This document shows, piece after piece, positions 22,091 to 34,007 of a stretch of 64,000 bases of DNA (position 1 is its first letter; the number at the start of each line of letters is the position of its first letter). Under the pieces are notes generated by a model. It was not told where the DNA came from. It saw only the letters and a list, made by a program, of their open reading frames with translations, and searched no databases. Both the position numbers and the translations under genes were made by a program. This DNA is from an uncultured Nitrososphaeraceae archaeon (GTDB taxonomy: Archaea; Thermoproteota; Nitrososphaeria; Nitrososphaerales; Nitrososphaeraceae): NCBI GenBank assembly GCA_963779615.1, contig CAVZZA010000003.1, positions 992,001-1,056,000 of the forward strand, written 5' to 3'.

Positions 22091-24268
22091 TTAACGGTAT
22101 TGTGAAAGAGTTACTTTTTCTCCCGGTTTCATTTCTCTTTGAGTTTTTATCTTTTTAACAGCATCTTCAAAATGCTTCATTGTAATATGGGCCTCTGATG
22201 CGTGCTTAGTGGCCTCCTCAGGACTGCTATATTTTTGAAGATACTCATGAAGTACCAAAGAAATAGCAGTATTAGCAACTGCAGACATGTCAGCACCACT
22301 GAAACCATCGGTAAGTTCGGCGATTCTTTGAAGGTTGACCTCAGAGGTAATTGGTTTTTCTTTTGCGTATATTTCTAAAATTTTCAATCGGGTATTGAGA
22401 TCAGGTTTAGGAACAAAAACGATTTTATCAAATCTTCCGGGTCTCAACAGGGCAGTATCAATCATATCGAGCCTATTGGTAGCAGCAATGACAACCACAC
22501 CTGTTAATTCCTGAATACCATCCATTTCTGTTAACAATTGTGAAACCATTCTTTCTGTTCCTGCATTGACACCTTCCATACCCCTAATCGGTGCGATGGA
22601 ATCAACTTCATCAAAGAAAACTACACAAGGGGCTGCTTGTCTTGCACGTCTAAATATCTCCCTGACACCACGTTCAGATTCACCAATCCATTTGGAAAGT
22701 AGCTCCGGACCTTTCACACTGATAAAGTTAGCTTCTGATTCTGTTGCAACTGCTTTAGCAAGCATAGTTTTTCCGGTTCCAGAGGGCCCATGCATAAGGA
22801 TTCCTTTAGGTATCGAATGTCCTAATTTTGTGTAAAGATCAGGATACCTTAATGGCCATTCTACGGCCTCTTGCAATTCTCTCTTAACCTCATCTAGGCC
22901 ACCAATGTCACCCCACTCTACATCCGGAGATTCCAGATATACCTCCCTCATGGCAGAGGGCATTACTTCCTTTATAGCATTATCAAAATCGGACTTGGTA
23001 ATAATTAATTTTTCAAGTGTTTCTGGAGGAATTTTTTCATCCTCCAGGTTAAGTTCTGGCAACAATCGACGCAGGCATTTCATGGCTGCCTCTTTACACA
23101 GATATTCAAGGTCTGCACCAACAAACCCATGAGTAACTGATGCAATTTTTTCCTGATTGACATCTGGATCTAACGGCATATTCCTTGTATGGATTTGAAG
23201 AATTTCCAGTCTGCCGCGCTTGTCAGGCACTTTAATTTCTATTTCCCTGTCAAACCTGCCAGGTCTCCTAAGAGCAGGATCAATGGCATTTTGTCTGTTG
23301 GTGGCGGCAATTACAATGACTTTACCCCTGGCCTCAAGGCCATCCATCAATGATAATAACTGGGATACCACCCTTCGCTCAACCTCTCCTGTCACTTCTT
23401 CTCTTTTTGGCGTTATTGAATCAATTTCATCGATAAATATGATTGAAGGGGCTTTTTCTTTGGTTTCCTTGAATATCTCACGAAGTCTTGCTTCCGACTC
23501 ACCGTAGAACTTGCTCATAATCTCAGGACCAGAGATGCTTATAAAGTGTGCATTACTCTCATTGGCTACTGCCTTGGCAAGCAGTGTTTTACCTGTGCCT
23601 GGAGGACCGTATAATAACACACCCTTTGGCGCCTCTATGCCCAGTTTTTCAAATATCTCAGGATGGCGTAAAGGCAATTCAATCATTTCACGCACTTTTT
23701 GAATTTCGTCTTTTAACCCTCCAATGTCTTCATAGGTAACCTGAGGCACACCACGCAGTGTTTCACCGCGTTCGGCAATATGGAAAACTGTTTTTTGTGT
23801 GACTAGAACGGCATCAACACCAGGTCCCGGCGTAACCCCTATAACTTGAAAGGTAAGTCTACCGCCAAAATATGGCACCATAACATTATCGCCTTTAATC
23901 AATGGAACGCTTTCAAGAGCATCAGCTAGATACCTTTCATCTATTGGGGGAATAGCCTCCAATGGCGCAACAATGACTTTTTCTGCAGGAACAGCTTTGA
24001 TCTTCCTAACCATTACAGTATCTCCAATAGCTATACCCGCGTTGTTTCTAACAAGCCCATCTACCCTGATTATGCCTTTTCCTTCATCTGATGGATAGAG
24101 TGGCAGGCATTTTGCAACAGTCTTACGCTTTCCTTTTATTTCCACTACATCTCCTGTAGATGCACTCAATGAATCCATAGAATCATAATCAATTCTAGCA
24201 ACTCCACGGCCGACATCTCGGGTATAAGCTTCAAGCACCTTTAGAGAAAGGTTATTACTCTGAGACAT
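22091..24268 (-). CDS. cdc48: CDC48/VCP AAA+ ATPase
   Basis: N domain plus two AAA modules ([16 protein letters not shown]; DEID, DEVD; RPGRFD). Confidence 0.98.
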   Translation of the reverse strand: MSQSNNLSLKVLEAYTRDVGRGVARIDYDSMDSLSASTGDVVEIKGKRKTVAKCLPLYPSDEGKGIIRVDGLVRNNAGIAIGDTVMVRKIKAVPAEKVIVAPLEAIPPIDERYLADALESVPLIKGDNVMVPYFGGRLTFQVIGVTPGPGVDAVLVTQKTVFHIAERGETLRGVPQVTYEDIGGLKDEIQKVREMIELPLRHPEIFEKLGIEAPKGVLLYGPPGTGKTLLAKAVANESNAHFISISGPEIMSKFYGESEARLREIFKETKEKAPSIIFIDEIDSITPKREEVTGEVERRVVSQLLSLMDGLEARGKVIVIAATNRQNAIDPALRRPGRFDREIEIKVPDKRGRLEILQIHTRNMPLDPDVNQEKIASVTHGFVGADLEYLCKEAAMKCLRRLLPELNLEDEKIPPETLEKLIITKSDFDNAIKEVMPSAMREVYLESPDVEWGDIGGLDEVKRELQEAVEWPLRYPDLYTKLGHSIPKGILMHGPSGTGKTMLAKAVATESEANFISVKGPELLSKWIGESERGVREIFRRARQAAPCVVFFDEVDSIAPIRGMEGVNAGTERMVSQLLTEMDGIQELTGVVVIAATNRLDMIDTALLRPGRFDKIVFVPKPDLNTRLKILEIYAKEKPITSEVNLQRIAELTDGFSGADMSAVANTAISLVLHEYLQKYSSPEEATKHASEAHITMKHFEDAVKKIKTQREMKPGEKVTLSQYR

Positions 24269-24477
24269 GATTACTACAGAATCATTTGATAACTTACTAC
24301 TTATACACTTTTGTAATACAATCGGAGATACTCCAAACCAGCATGACTACAGATAAGCAATAAAAAATGAAATAATTTTTTATCCAAATAACCGATCTAA
24401 TGCTTTATTCAACATCAAAAAATATGCGTCACCATGGTACTACTATTACGACGACCACTGCACCTGCACCACTATTT

Positions 24478-25413
24478 CTAGCCAGATCGGACTAACCCAA
24501 CTAATGGAATATCTTTAAACTCGTCAAATAGATTAGAGTTTTTATCAAAATTAATGAATAAAACGCTACTATCCATTATAGAGATAGAAACACTTGTTTT
24601 TTTATAGATTTTTGTTTGGTCAGGTTTTTTTAAGTCATTTGAATGCACAACTTGAGCCACATCCATATAGCCACTATAGGTTTTATCTGAATTTTGTTGC
24701 TGAACAGAATAAACATTGAAATTAGAAAGAGAATAAGAAGTTGTATTGGAATATTGGTTTTTTGTTTTATCTGATTGAGAGCCAGCAGATACAATGGTAT
24801 TATTGGATATTCCTGGCGAAACAACACCACCATTAAAAGTTTTTGGAGAAGAGACATCGTTATAACCATAAATAATTGGTCGTAAAGTGAATGAAGATTT
24901 AAAATCTATAGAATGGTCATCTTTTGATATCAAGGACCAGTTTCCAAAGACACTGTTTGCGATAACACCATCCTTTTGATTATATTCAGAACTCACTATT
25001 GTTCCCCGCATGGTTAGATTATCACGGTTATCGGATAGGATGCCATTGCTCCTGCTGCTGCTCAAAGTAGATCCATCACTACAGGTATTTTTGGTGGTAG
25101 TTTCAGATTTTCCATTACTGCTTGATTGAGCCTGAATTGAGAAATTGCTTCCGCAGTTATCACTGATGGTTCCTGATTGAGATTGCATAGCAAAGTTATT
25201 AACAGAGCTATATGCATTTGCCAAGTAAAAATATGGGTCATAAACAGAGATAAACGTAATTAACAGTAAAGATGCAAATAACAGCACAAGTGGCTTTTTT
25301 TTGTTCTTAAATGGAATTGATAATGTTGTAGACCAAATTACATTAAAAAAACATGCTTTTCCAACAGCCATAACTAATCCAAAATATAACAAATAAAAAT
25401 CCAATTTATGCAT
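24478..25413 (-). CDS. Secreted or membrane-anchored Ser-rich hypothetical protein (true start probably downstream)
   Basis: 311-aa ORF with a hydrophobic segment followed by a beta-rich domain. Confidence 0.65.
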   Translation of the reverse strand: MHKLDFYLLYFGLVMAVGKACFFNVIWSTTLSIPFKNKKKPLVLLFASLLLITFISVYDPYFYLANAYSSVNNFAMQSQSGTISDNCGSNFSIQAQSSSNGKSETTTKNTCSDGSTLSSSRSNGILSDNRDNLTMRGTIVSSEYNQKDGVIANSVFGNWSLISKDDHSIDFKSSFTLRPIIYGYNDVSSPKTFNGGVVSPGISNNTIVSAGSQSDKTKNQYSNTTSYSLSNFNVYSVQQQNSDKTYSGYMDVAQVVHSNDLKKPDQTKIYKKTSVSISIMDSSVLFINFDKNSNLFDEFKDIPLVGLVRSG

Positions 25414-25522
25414 TACGAATTCAACAAAAAGTTTAGATAAAGTTGTCCATGGCCCTATATAAAAATTTTCAAAATAACGTATAAGTACCTAAATTGTTAC
25501 AATTAATAAAACGATTTGTTCA

Positions 25523-26803
25523 ATGAAAAAAACATCCCCGGAAATAGATAGGCTTGCTGGAATAGAATATTATTCAACAAGGTTTAATGGAATAGGTGGA
25601 AACATAAAAAATGATGACGATGATTTTAATGTCAAAGAAATACTAAATCCAAGTTTTTTAAAAGAATTGACTACTCAAAAAAGCGATATCAATGTTTTTC
25701 CAGTGTATGAAATAGAGAAAAAAGGAATGGACTCCAATCATGCCGTAATAACATTAAAAAAAAAACTGGGAATAAACCTAAAAATAGTTGGCATAAAGGA
25801 TGCCAAAGCAACTACCTCACAGTATGCTAGTACAAATAACAGCAAAAGAATAATAAAAGATTGCAAAATCGACAAAATATCTTTAAAATTGGTAGGGTTT
25901 TCAAAAAAGCCTATTGAAAAATCAATGTTGATTGGAAATAAATTTAATATAAAAATTGCAAACCCAAGAGACAACACCCACAACAATCTGTCAAGTTTTT
26001 TGTCAGAAATTAACAGTGTGGGCAATTTTTACGGCTTGCAAAGGTTTGGAAGTGAAAGACTGGTAACACATCTGGCAGGGAAAGCAATTTTAAGTAGAAA
26101 ATTCAACGAGGCGGTAAACATACTGTTAACACACACAACAAAGTTCGATTCAACATTTAGTATAGAGATAAGGGAAAAATTAAAGGATCTAAAAAATAAC
26201 AAAAACATTGTTAAAACAATTCCAAAAGGGATGGATATTGAAAAAAAGATGGCAGAGGAGATTATAAAAGGAAAAGAACCCATTTCGGTATTAAGATCTA
26301 TTCCAATAAACATTAGAAGGCTATTTGTGCAGGCATTTCAGGCATTTATGTTCAATAAAACCCTCAGTTACGCAATAGGAAATGACCTGCCCATAACAAA
26401 CTGTGAAAAAGACGACATATGCTTTGAAGTCATTGACAAAATAGTTTTTGGAAAAATTCGAAAATTCGAGAATTCTGACCCAAATAACAAATACGATACA
26501 GTCCCCATAATTAGATTGCCAGGCTATTCATTTCAGCCTGGAAAAAAAAACAGGTTTGATAAAATCATTAAAGAGATGCTACATGATGAAGGCATCACTG
26601 CTAAGGATTTTTTCATAAAAGAAATGCAGGAGCTGAGTGAGGCAGGAGGATTTAGGCAAACTGTTCTGATTTCAAAAGATTTTAAATATGCCACATCGTC
26701 AAATTCGACATCTGTTGAATTTGCTGTGCCTAAAGGAACATACGCAACCACACTGCTAAGAGAAATTGTCAAGCCATCTGATCCAATAAGCGCAGGCTTT
26801 TAG
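25523..26803 (+). CDS. truD: tRNA pseudouridine(13) synthase
   Basis: DFNVKE, GIKDAKATTSQY, GNKF.I, NFYGLQRFG, KGTYAT. Confidence 0.95.
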   Translation: MKKTSPEIDRLAGIEYYSTRFNGIGGNIKNDDDDFNVKEILNPSFLKELTTQKSDINVFPVYEIEKKGMDSNHAVITLKKKLGINLKIVGIKDAKATTSQYASTNNSKRIIKDCKIDKISLKLVGFSKKPIEKSMLIGNKFNIKIANPRDNTHNNLSSFLSEINSVGNFYGLQRFGSERLVTHLAGKAILSRKFNEAVNILLTHTTKFDSTFSIEIREKLKDLKNNKNIVKTIPKGMDIEKKMAEEIIKGKEPISVLRSIPINIRRLFVQAFQAFMFNKTLSYAIGNDLPITNCEKDDICFEVIDKIVFGKIRKFENSDPNNKYDTVPIIRLPGYSFQPGKKNRFDKIIKEMLHDEGITAKDFFIKEMQELSEAGGFRQTVLISKDFKYATSSNSTSVEFAVPKGTYATTLLREIVKPSDPISAGF

Positions 26804-26912
26804 TCACAACTTTGACGTGTTTTGCGATAAGAAAAAACATATAGATATAATTATTATCATCACCACTAATAATTACTGGTGAAATAAAATATCAACTGAT
26901 AAAGAACTGTCA

Positions 26913-27164
26913 TTGTTTAAGGTATTTTTTAGAGTGGGAATCATAGTTATAATCGCGGGGGTATTTTTTATAACTATAGATTTGCTGGTGCATTCATTCA
27001 CAGAAGGCCTAAAATCACTAGGCGCAAGATTTATAATAGCTGGAACAATTTCAATCGCAATAGCTTATCTATACAAATATCATAAAATTATAGGGTTTTT
27101 AGTCAGCCAGGTAAAAAATAAAATCAAGAAACAAGACAGGTTTTCGCAATGGGACAAACCATAA
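26913..27164 (+). CDS. Small two-TM membrane protein
   Basis: Two hydrophobic segments and a basic tail. Confidence 0.55.
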   Translation: MFKVFFRVGIIVIIAGVFFITIDLLVHSFTEGLKSLGARFIIAGTISIAIAYLYKYHKIIGFLVSQVKNKIKKQDRFSQWDKP

Positions 27165-27306
27165 TTAAGCAGGTTACCTAAACAATGTCATTAAATTCCA
27201 CAACACCTTGAGAAATTAACAGGCGGTAAAATAGAGCAATGAAGACATGAATTTATAATTGATTATACTATGATCAACAGAAAATAAGAAATCCAAGGTG
27301 CATTAA

Positions 27307-28074
27307 TTGACAATAGAAGAAATAAGATACGATTTTACAGAACATGCAGAGCATTTTCGAAATTTTTTTTCCAAAATTTTAAAACTAATGATAATTTCAA
27401 AGTTAAATTGTCAAGAGTCAAATAAAACATCTGTGAGTTATTTCAATAGAATAGTCAGCAGCATAGACCACTGTAAAACTCACAGAGTGAAATATGGCAA
27501 ATCAATGATTTTTACAAAATTTTTTCATTATGAGTTTACTTACCAAACAATTAAAGTAACAATAAAAGTAACAGGCAAACATATTATCGACATTCAACTT
27601 GAATCAATAATTTCGGATTTTGTAAAATTTTTTGATGAACTTAGCAGCGATACAAAAGCAATAAAATGGAGCAGTGCCATCACATGCGATAATGTACTTC
27701 AGGAAAGAACAATAACTGAAAGGGATGAAAATTCAAATAATGATTCGCTAATCATACAACAACAGTCTGAGGAAAAAATTCAGCATGAGATAAAAACGTT
27801 TTTCTGCCTACTGGAAGCATTCATAGAAACACTGCATGATTTAATATCAGCATCACCCAATGAAAATAATGACAGTCTAATTGGAAAAACGATCGAAATT
27901 AAAGACGTTTGTGTAATAAGGAAAAGCCTAATTATCGAAATTGTTATTGACGAAAAAATGATAATTATAAGCCTATCACCAAAAAAAAACAGGCATGTCT
28001 CAATAATTCTCGATAATGAAGATAAAACAGGAAATACAATAAAAGAGTTGATTCTTCAAAATAAAAAACTTTGA
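27307..28074 (+). CDS. Conserved hypothetical protein
   Basis: 255-aa ORF. Confidence 0.65.
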   Translation: MTIEEIRYDFTEHAEHFRNFFSKILKLMIISKLNCQESNKTSVSYFNRIVSSIDHCKTHRVKYGKSMIFTKFFHYEFTYQTIKVTIKVTGKHIIDIQLESIISDFVKFFDELSSDTKAIKWSSAITCDNVLQERTITERDENSNNDSLIIQQQSEEKIQHEIKTFFCLLEAFIETLHDLISASPNENNDSLIGKTIEIKDVCVIRKSLIIEIVIDEKMIIISLSPKKNRHVSIILDNEDKTGNTIKELILQNKKL

Positions 28075-28093
28075 TGCATCCTTATCAAATTAA

Positions 28094-28603
28094 TCAAGAA
28101 AATCTTATATCACCGCCAGAATTTAAAAGAGCGGCCAAAAATAAAATACCTATTGACAAACCCACAGTTAAACGACCCAGTACAATTATTTTGTTTCTCA
28201 GTGCCTTAAAATACGAATCAGGGACCTGATTTTGCAAAATCTTGGTTTCTGTTTTTTTATTAAGTATTACAATATGGACAGTATAAACTAAAATGGTTAT
28301 ACAAACTAAAATGATTTTAGAAAACAAGATATATCCGTAAATTGACTCAAAAAGCAGAGAAGGCTGAGATAAAAGAAATCGCCCATTATAAACTCCCGTA
28401 ATAACAAGAATCATTAAAGATGATCCGGCGATAAAATTGAAACGACGACCAACAGTAACCATAAATGAGATTCGTTTATTCATATCAGGCATAGTTTTTT
28501 TAAGTAGAGGAGCCAATACAACCCCTAAAAAAATTGAACCACCTACCCAAATTGAAGAAAAAATCAAATGAATCAAAAAAATAAAGGAATCATAAATCAA
28601 CAT
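28094..28603 (-). CDS. CopD-family copper resistance membrane protein
   Basis: HLIFSSIWVGG, RRF, TGVYN, YGYILFSK..LV motifs. Confidence 0.8.
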   Translation of the reverse strand: MLIYDSFIFLIHLIFSSIWVGGSIFLGVVLAPLLKKTMPDMNKRISFMVTVGRRFNFIAGSSLMILVITGVYNGRFLLSQPSLLFESIYGYILFSKIILVCITILVYTVHIVILNKKTETKILQNQVPDSYFKALRNKIIVLGRLTVGLSIGILFLAALLNSGGDIRFS

Positions 28604-28690
28604 CAGATAGTAATTTTTGATTGTTCCATAATATATTACTATAAAAAAAGTTTTTAATACCATCAATTTACAGATAAAATCGACAACAAA

Positions 28691-29194
28691 ATGTTCTTAA
28701 GCAGACGCAGATTGGTTTTAATAGGCACCGTAGCAATAATTGGGGGTGTTATAATATTACTTCCATTGATATTAACAATAACACTACCTGACTTAAATAA
28801 AGTAAGTATAACAACTAACAAAATAGAATTCAAGGGATTGATAGAAAAAAACAACACAGTTTTGCTAAACTTATTTTTCAATATCAACAACCCTACAAGT
28901 CAAGCATTGACTACCTCTAAAATAGACTACAAATTATTTGCAAATGGACAGTCTCTTGGGGACCATACAATTCAATATCTAGACACTCCAGTCAATGGGC
29001 GACCTCAGTTATTAGCCAATAGAGATGCGACCATACAACAAGAAATAAAGGTGCCTATAACAGATGAAAAATTAGTTACAGATTTAAGAAACAACAATAA
29101 AACATTACAAAACATTGATTGGAAAGTTCAAGGATCGGCGATAATCGAATCCGGATTCAGTTCTGCTATCAAAAATTTCACCACATCATGGTAA
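28691..29194 (+). CDS. Membrane-anchored LEA_2-like protein
   Basis: N-terminal TM; FNINNP...SKIDYKLFANG. Confidence 0.7.
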   Translation: MFLSRRRLVLIGTVAIIGGVIILLPLILTITLPDLNKVSITTNKIEFKGLIEKNNTVLLNLFFNINNPTSQALTTSKIDYKLFANGQSLGDHTIQYLDTPVNGRPQLLANRDATIQQEIKVPITDEKLVTDLRNNNKTLQNIDWKVQGSAIIESGFSSAIKNFTTSW

Positions 29195-29288
29195 TTTATA
29201 TCAAAAAACGACATGAAGCAATAATTTCAATGGTTTTTGAAAATTTAAAAGGTAAAATAAAAAAATTGGTTTTGACAGATGTCTTTTG

Positions 29289-29735
29289 TTATTCTGTTTG
29301 TGGAATCATCATAAATTTATTAAAGGATGTTGTAACCCATTCTTCAATAATTTGGCATTTTGCAGGACTGATTGAATTTGACTCGTCATCTATTGAACAC
29401 AGATGCTGAAATGTACAACATATGCACGGAGCTCCTTCAATTGTAGTTAAATCAATAGGTTTTTGTTCAACATTGGCGACTGGAATAGTTTTTTTAACTA
29501 TTAGCTTGTATGTCCATCTACCATTATATAGAGCTTTTTCACGCGTAATTAGAGATTGTTTTTCCAGGTTTCCCACAAGTCGTGAACCATCACGACTATC
29601 TAGAGAAAATAACTTACATAATTCTGTTTGAAAGACTCCTTCTTCGCCACTTGTTGTAATAGCATTGAATACCTTATCAATAAGATCACTTTTAGAACGA
29701 ACGGATAATTTGGAGCTAGAAATTTCAGATGACAA
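29289..29735 (-). CDS. TFE-beta / RPC34-like protein (winged helix plus C-terminal Cys/Fe-S domain)
   Basis: GVFQTELCK...LEKQSLITR winged helix; PCICC...LC...ISPAKC..IEEW. Confidence 0.8.
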   Translation of the reverse strand: MSSEISSSKLSVRSKSDLIDKVFNAITTSGEEGVFQTELCKLFSLDSRDGSRLVGNLEKQSLITREKALYNGRWTYKLIVKKTIPVANVEQKPIDLTTIEGAPCICCTFQHLCSIDDESNSISPAKCQIIEEWVTTSFNKFMMIPQTE

Positions 29736-30469
29736 AACATAGTACCTACAACGAAATAATATAAATGTCTTTAAATTTAGGATTGTACTTTTTAATGTAT
29801 GTTACAAATAAACTGAATATTATAAGCATCTATTAACTTAAGGGCATCTAAATGCATTATTCAAGGTTGATGCTTGATACATCAAATAAAATCAATTTAA
29901 AATTCAACGATGCTCCAAATAATGCTGGTGTTAGAGTTAATGCGGAATTATCGATATATTTAACTGATATGACCAATTCATCCAGCTATATTTTAGTCTT
30001 TAATAGGGTAGTAATCGTCGCCTTATAAGATAAAACAAAAAAAGCAAGGCAATCAGTAAACTTTTATCCATTATTCAGATAAACTTTAGTTTTTTGGCAA
30101 CATTATTACTAATCATTCCACAATTGATAAAAACACAAAACAATGAATCATTATGCAAGGTACAATTTTTCTACCCTAAATGCAATATCGATAAAAAGTG
30201 TTGTTTTTTCTATAAAAAGATGGATTGAGCAACATTCTTTCGGCATTAAAGGCCAAATGAATTGGCGTGTCGTATAACCAAATAAAAAAGGAAAAAGATT
30301 GAAAGACATTTGGAGAACATAATGATTAACTATACATGTTATATAACACAAGAAAAAGAAAATGTTGTATTTTTGTATGTCATATCACTGTTTGTGATAT
30401 TCAGAATTAGCAGATAAACCCGAAGTAAGCATTCACAGACCTATATAAATAAAAAATATAAATCAATAA

Positions 30470-30967
30470 TTGTACGCATTGATGGGAATACTTATTGACG
30501 GAATAATTGCAGGTTTAGTTTCTACATGTATTATGACAATATATGAAATACCATTTTGGAGAATATGGGGAATTAAAGGAATTCTTGAATGGCATGAGAA
30601 CCAAATATTAACGTCAAAATTAATAAAGAAATTTTCAAAGACCAAATCTGACACGGGCATCTATGCAGGAATACTGCTATTGCATATTATTAATGGTACA
30701 CTGGCTGGAATAACTTTTCCATTTATTTATTTATTTTTTATACCATTATTTTTCTCACACTCATTCCAATGGTCCACCACCCTTGGAATAATATTTGGGA
30801 TTTTACTCTGGTTATTAACTCTGCTCCCAATTCACAAACCCATTACAGGATTACCTGTATGGAATCACCCTCTTGGAAAAGGACCGGCAATAATCAGTTT
30901 TTGTGGACATGTATTATATGGCTTTACTTTGGGAACTGTTACCAACACTCTGTTACTCTATAGATAA
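30470..30967 (+). CDS. Four-TM membrane protein with conserved His residues
   Basis: GLVSTCIMT, LLHIING, GHVLYG. Confidence 0.7.
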   Translation: MYALMGILIDGIIAGLVSTCIMTIYEIPFWRIWGIKGILEWHENQILTSKLIKKFSKTKSDTGIYAGILLLHIINGTLAGITFPFIYLFFIPLFFSHSFQWSTTLGIIFGILLWLLTLLPIHKPITGLPVWNHPLGKGPAIISFCGHVLYGFTLGTVTNTLLLYR

Positions 30968-31322
30968 ATACACTGATATCAATAGCACTGGAATGAAATT
31001 AATAAAACCATTAAAAAATAATATATATATTTCTTGCCATATGCATTACATCTTAACAAATCATTATCACATTAATTTTACATCATTAAAAGATAAAGCC
31101 CATTTATTTAGCAATATTGTCATAACAATAAATTGAAAGACAGAAGATATTTTGCATGATTAGACATAAAAATTTGCAATTAGAGATAGTTTTGCATAAA
31201 ATTGATTCTTAACTTGAGATGTTCGGCATTATGTGTGTAGATTCCCATGTTTTTTAATTGATGCCAATTATGCTAGAGATTCGAGTCAAGTTTATCCGAT
31301 CTGCTACAGAGAGTTAATTGAT

Positions 31323-31703
31323 TTATTTTGTTTCTGTTTCGCTATCTATCTGTTTGATTATTTTTTTGTATGAATCAATGAAACCTTTTGCATAGATATT
31401 AGCATGTTTTTCTGAACCTCTATGAGTGCCACTAGTTGTCCTTATGTGATGATAAAATTCATGCAACACTATAAACGGATTATAAAAAATATCAGAATTT
31501 ATGCAATAAATTTTACACTCTTTTTGAACATATACAGCATATACAGTATGTCTTTTCCCCTTTATAGTGCCAACAACAATTTTGGGCGGATTAACTTTAT
31601 AAAACCTTCCTAAACTCTCTAAAGCCTGTTCTGTTTTTTTGTCAAAAATCATTTGTACTACCTTAGCCTTGGCTAGATCGTCAAGTTTGATAATAAAAAC
31701 CAT
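31323..31703 (-). CDS. Small HExxH (zincin-like) protein
   Basis: VLHEFYHH...SEKHAN. Confidence 0.7.
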   Translation of the reverse strand: MVFIIKLDDLAKAKVVQMIFDKKTEQALESLGRFYKVNPPKIVVGTIKGKRHTVYAVYVQKECKIYCINSDIFYNPFIVLHEFYHHIRTTSGTHRGSEKHANIYAKGFIDSYKKIIKQIDSETETK

Positions 31704-32327
31704 TGATATGACTAACTTGAATAATATGCAAAAGTCAGATATTTAAAATGAGTGCATGATACGCATTTTATGATATCTAGAAAAAACAGCCGAACTGAAT
31801 ATAGAGGCCGAATTTCCATTTTGGGTTTCCAATCAAAATATGTATCTTCTTTTTGAGTTGCATAAATAATTTCATTATTTTAATGACGTTTATTTTGATC
31901 TTGATAGAGTTTTAGTGGTCAAATGAAATGTTCACAAAATGGAACAATGAAAAATGATGGTTTGAGGAGAAGAATGTGCCTTAATTCATTTTGGATTCAG
32001 ATGCAAAACTCCAAGACATCAAAAGATGATGCGTGGCAAGTTATAGATAAAACGCCAATATCCTATTTAAAAGACATAAATGGATTGTATCTCCACAAAC
32101 GAATATTGAGTTGTTTGGAGTGCCAAACTGCAGTTTGACTCAACCCAGGCATCACTGTTCTATCCGCGTTGAAAGCATTTAATGTCACTTATTCTCAGAC
32201 ATCGGATAAAGACCAGGTTTTCTAGTCATTGCAGGCAAAGACTTTGAAACAGAAACGCTTGAAGGCAAAATCTATACTCAACGCAGGCGTTCTCAATTAC
32301 GCTAATCTAATTTTGAGGAAGGGCCGC

Positions 32328-32692
32328 ATGGAGCACAATCAGGTACATGTTAGAGCAGAATTTACAATAGAAGAAGGAAAAATAGAAGAATGCAAGAAGA
32401 TGGTGCAAAAAATGAGCAGAGTTGTGGAAGATAGCGAGCCAGGTACAATAAACTACCGGTTTTATCTTAATAGATCAGAGAAAAGTGTGTCGTACACGAA
32501 ACATACACAAATTCAGAGGCGGCACTGGCTCACATTAGAGGCGTTGCATCGCAAACAATACTCTCAAAGATTTTCAGTGTCACCAGAATGAGCAGGCTTG
32601 ATGTATACGGGAACCCTAGCGAGGAATTACAAAAGGCGCTGACAAGTTTTGGTTCACATATTTATAACATATTTGCAGGGTTCAGTCGTTGA
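32328..32692 (+). pseudogene. ABM (antibiotic biosynthesis monooxygenase) family protein, frameshifted
   Basis: EPGTINYRFYL, then in another frame CVVHETYTNSEAALAH...DVYGNPS...FAGFSR*. Confidence 0.75.
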
Positions 32693-33087
32693 CAGGTTGG
32701 CAGTACTTTTTTAGAATTGTCTATTTTACGTATCAGACTCCAGTATACACAATAGCAAAAGGCACAACCATTTGCAAACTTATTGCAGTTTTGTAAATCC
32801 CTTGATATCTAGTAAACCACGATGATGGACGCGTTTTATTTGCCCTTGTAATGAATTAACCTTTCCACAACAGGTTGGAATTTTTACTGACAAGCCTGTA
32901 AAACCCACTTATAACTATATTTACTTTGAATTCAGATTCCAGGAAGTTAAGTTTAAAGGTAAACCATCTCAGAGCAGCAAAATCAATAGCCGAATTTATG
33001 CTTTTAGGGGTGGATCAGCATAAGTTTGTGTATTCAACTTTTCCATAATATTCAAAGCAATGGAAGAATATGAATTCCCATTGTTAA

Positions 33088-33210
33088 TGCGGTCACCGGG
33101 ATTTGAATTCCCGCCCTGTTTTATAAAAAAACAGGGTCCCGGGTTACGGGCTTTCTCCACGCTTTCGCATATGGAAGGCCAGTGTCCTAACCAAACTGGA
33201 CGATGACCGC
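33088..33210 (-). tRNA. tRNA-Gly(TCC) with two BHB introns (37/38, 19 nt; 53/54, 30 nt)
   Basis: Removing 33153-33171 and 33108-33137 gives a 74-nt cloverleaf GCGGTCA...TTCAAATCCCGGTGACCGCA. Confidence 0.92.
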
Positions 33211-33300
33211 GTTGTATTTGATATCATTTTATTCTGATATTAAACTTTTCCAATTTTTATAAACTTTAACACCATAAAAATATAATATCTATATCCATTG

Positions 33301-33930
33301 TTAACTGATTTTGTTTTTGTTTTTTGGAAAAATGTAATTCAATAAGGCATCAATAGCTTTATTGGTCATTTTACGCTTATAATATACGGTTCCTTTTTTT
33401 GGTGCTTCAACAGCCTTTTCTTTTTGAACAACATCATATGGTCTGTCATCTAATGCCCCTTCAAAAATAACCTTATGTTGTTTAAGTTTGGAGTCAACTA
33501 TAGAATCAAAAATTTCCTTTTGCCAAACAGACCCTATAAAATAAATACAAGGGGGATTGACAAGCTTTGTTATTCGCGTAATAACATTATTGAGGGCAGA
33601 TTCAATGCTTTTTGAGTTGGTATCATATTCCAAATATTGCTCCAAGATGCCACCTGCAATCAATTTTTCTTTTATTTCTTTAACATGGCTATCTTTTGAT
33701 ATTATCAAAATTGATGTATGAAACTTATCAGGTTTTGAATTCATTATAATACCAAAAGTTTCTATACACAGGTTTATTCTTCCGATAATGTAATTTGGAA
33801 GATAACCATCACGATTCAAATCTTCATTTTGATCATCAGCATCTGGTAATGGTTGTGTTGATTTATCTTTATTAAAGACGCAATAGAGTAACAAAATATT
33901 ACCATAGGTAAAAGAAGCAGCATTAGTCAA
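33301..33930 (-). CDS. Conserved hypothetical protein
   Basis: 209-aa ORF. Confidence 0.6.
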   Translation of the reverse strand: MTNAASFTYGNILLLYCVFNKDKSTQPLPDADDQNEDLNRDGYLPNYIIGRINLCIETFGIIMNSKPDKFHTSILIISKDSHVKEIKEKLIAGGILEQYLEYDTNSKSIESALNNVITRITKLVNPPCIYFIGSVWQKEIFDSIVDSKLKQHKVIFEGALDDRPYDVVQKEKAVEAPKKGTVYYKRKMTNKAIDALLNYIFPKNKNKIS

Positions 33931-34007
33931 TTTATTATAATAAATACATAAAATTACAAATTTATAGCTAACTAAAAGTGATGGAGGGAGGAGGGGGAGA
34001 GAGGGAG

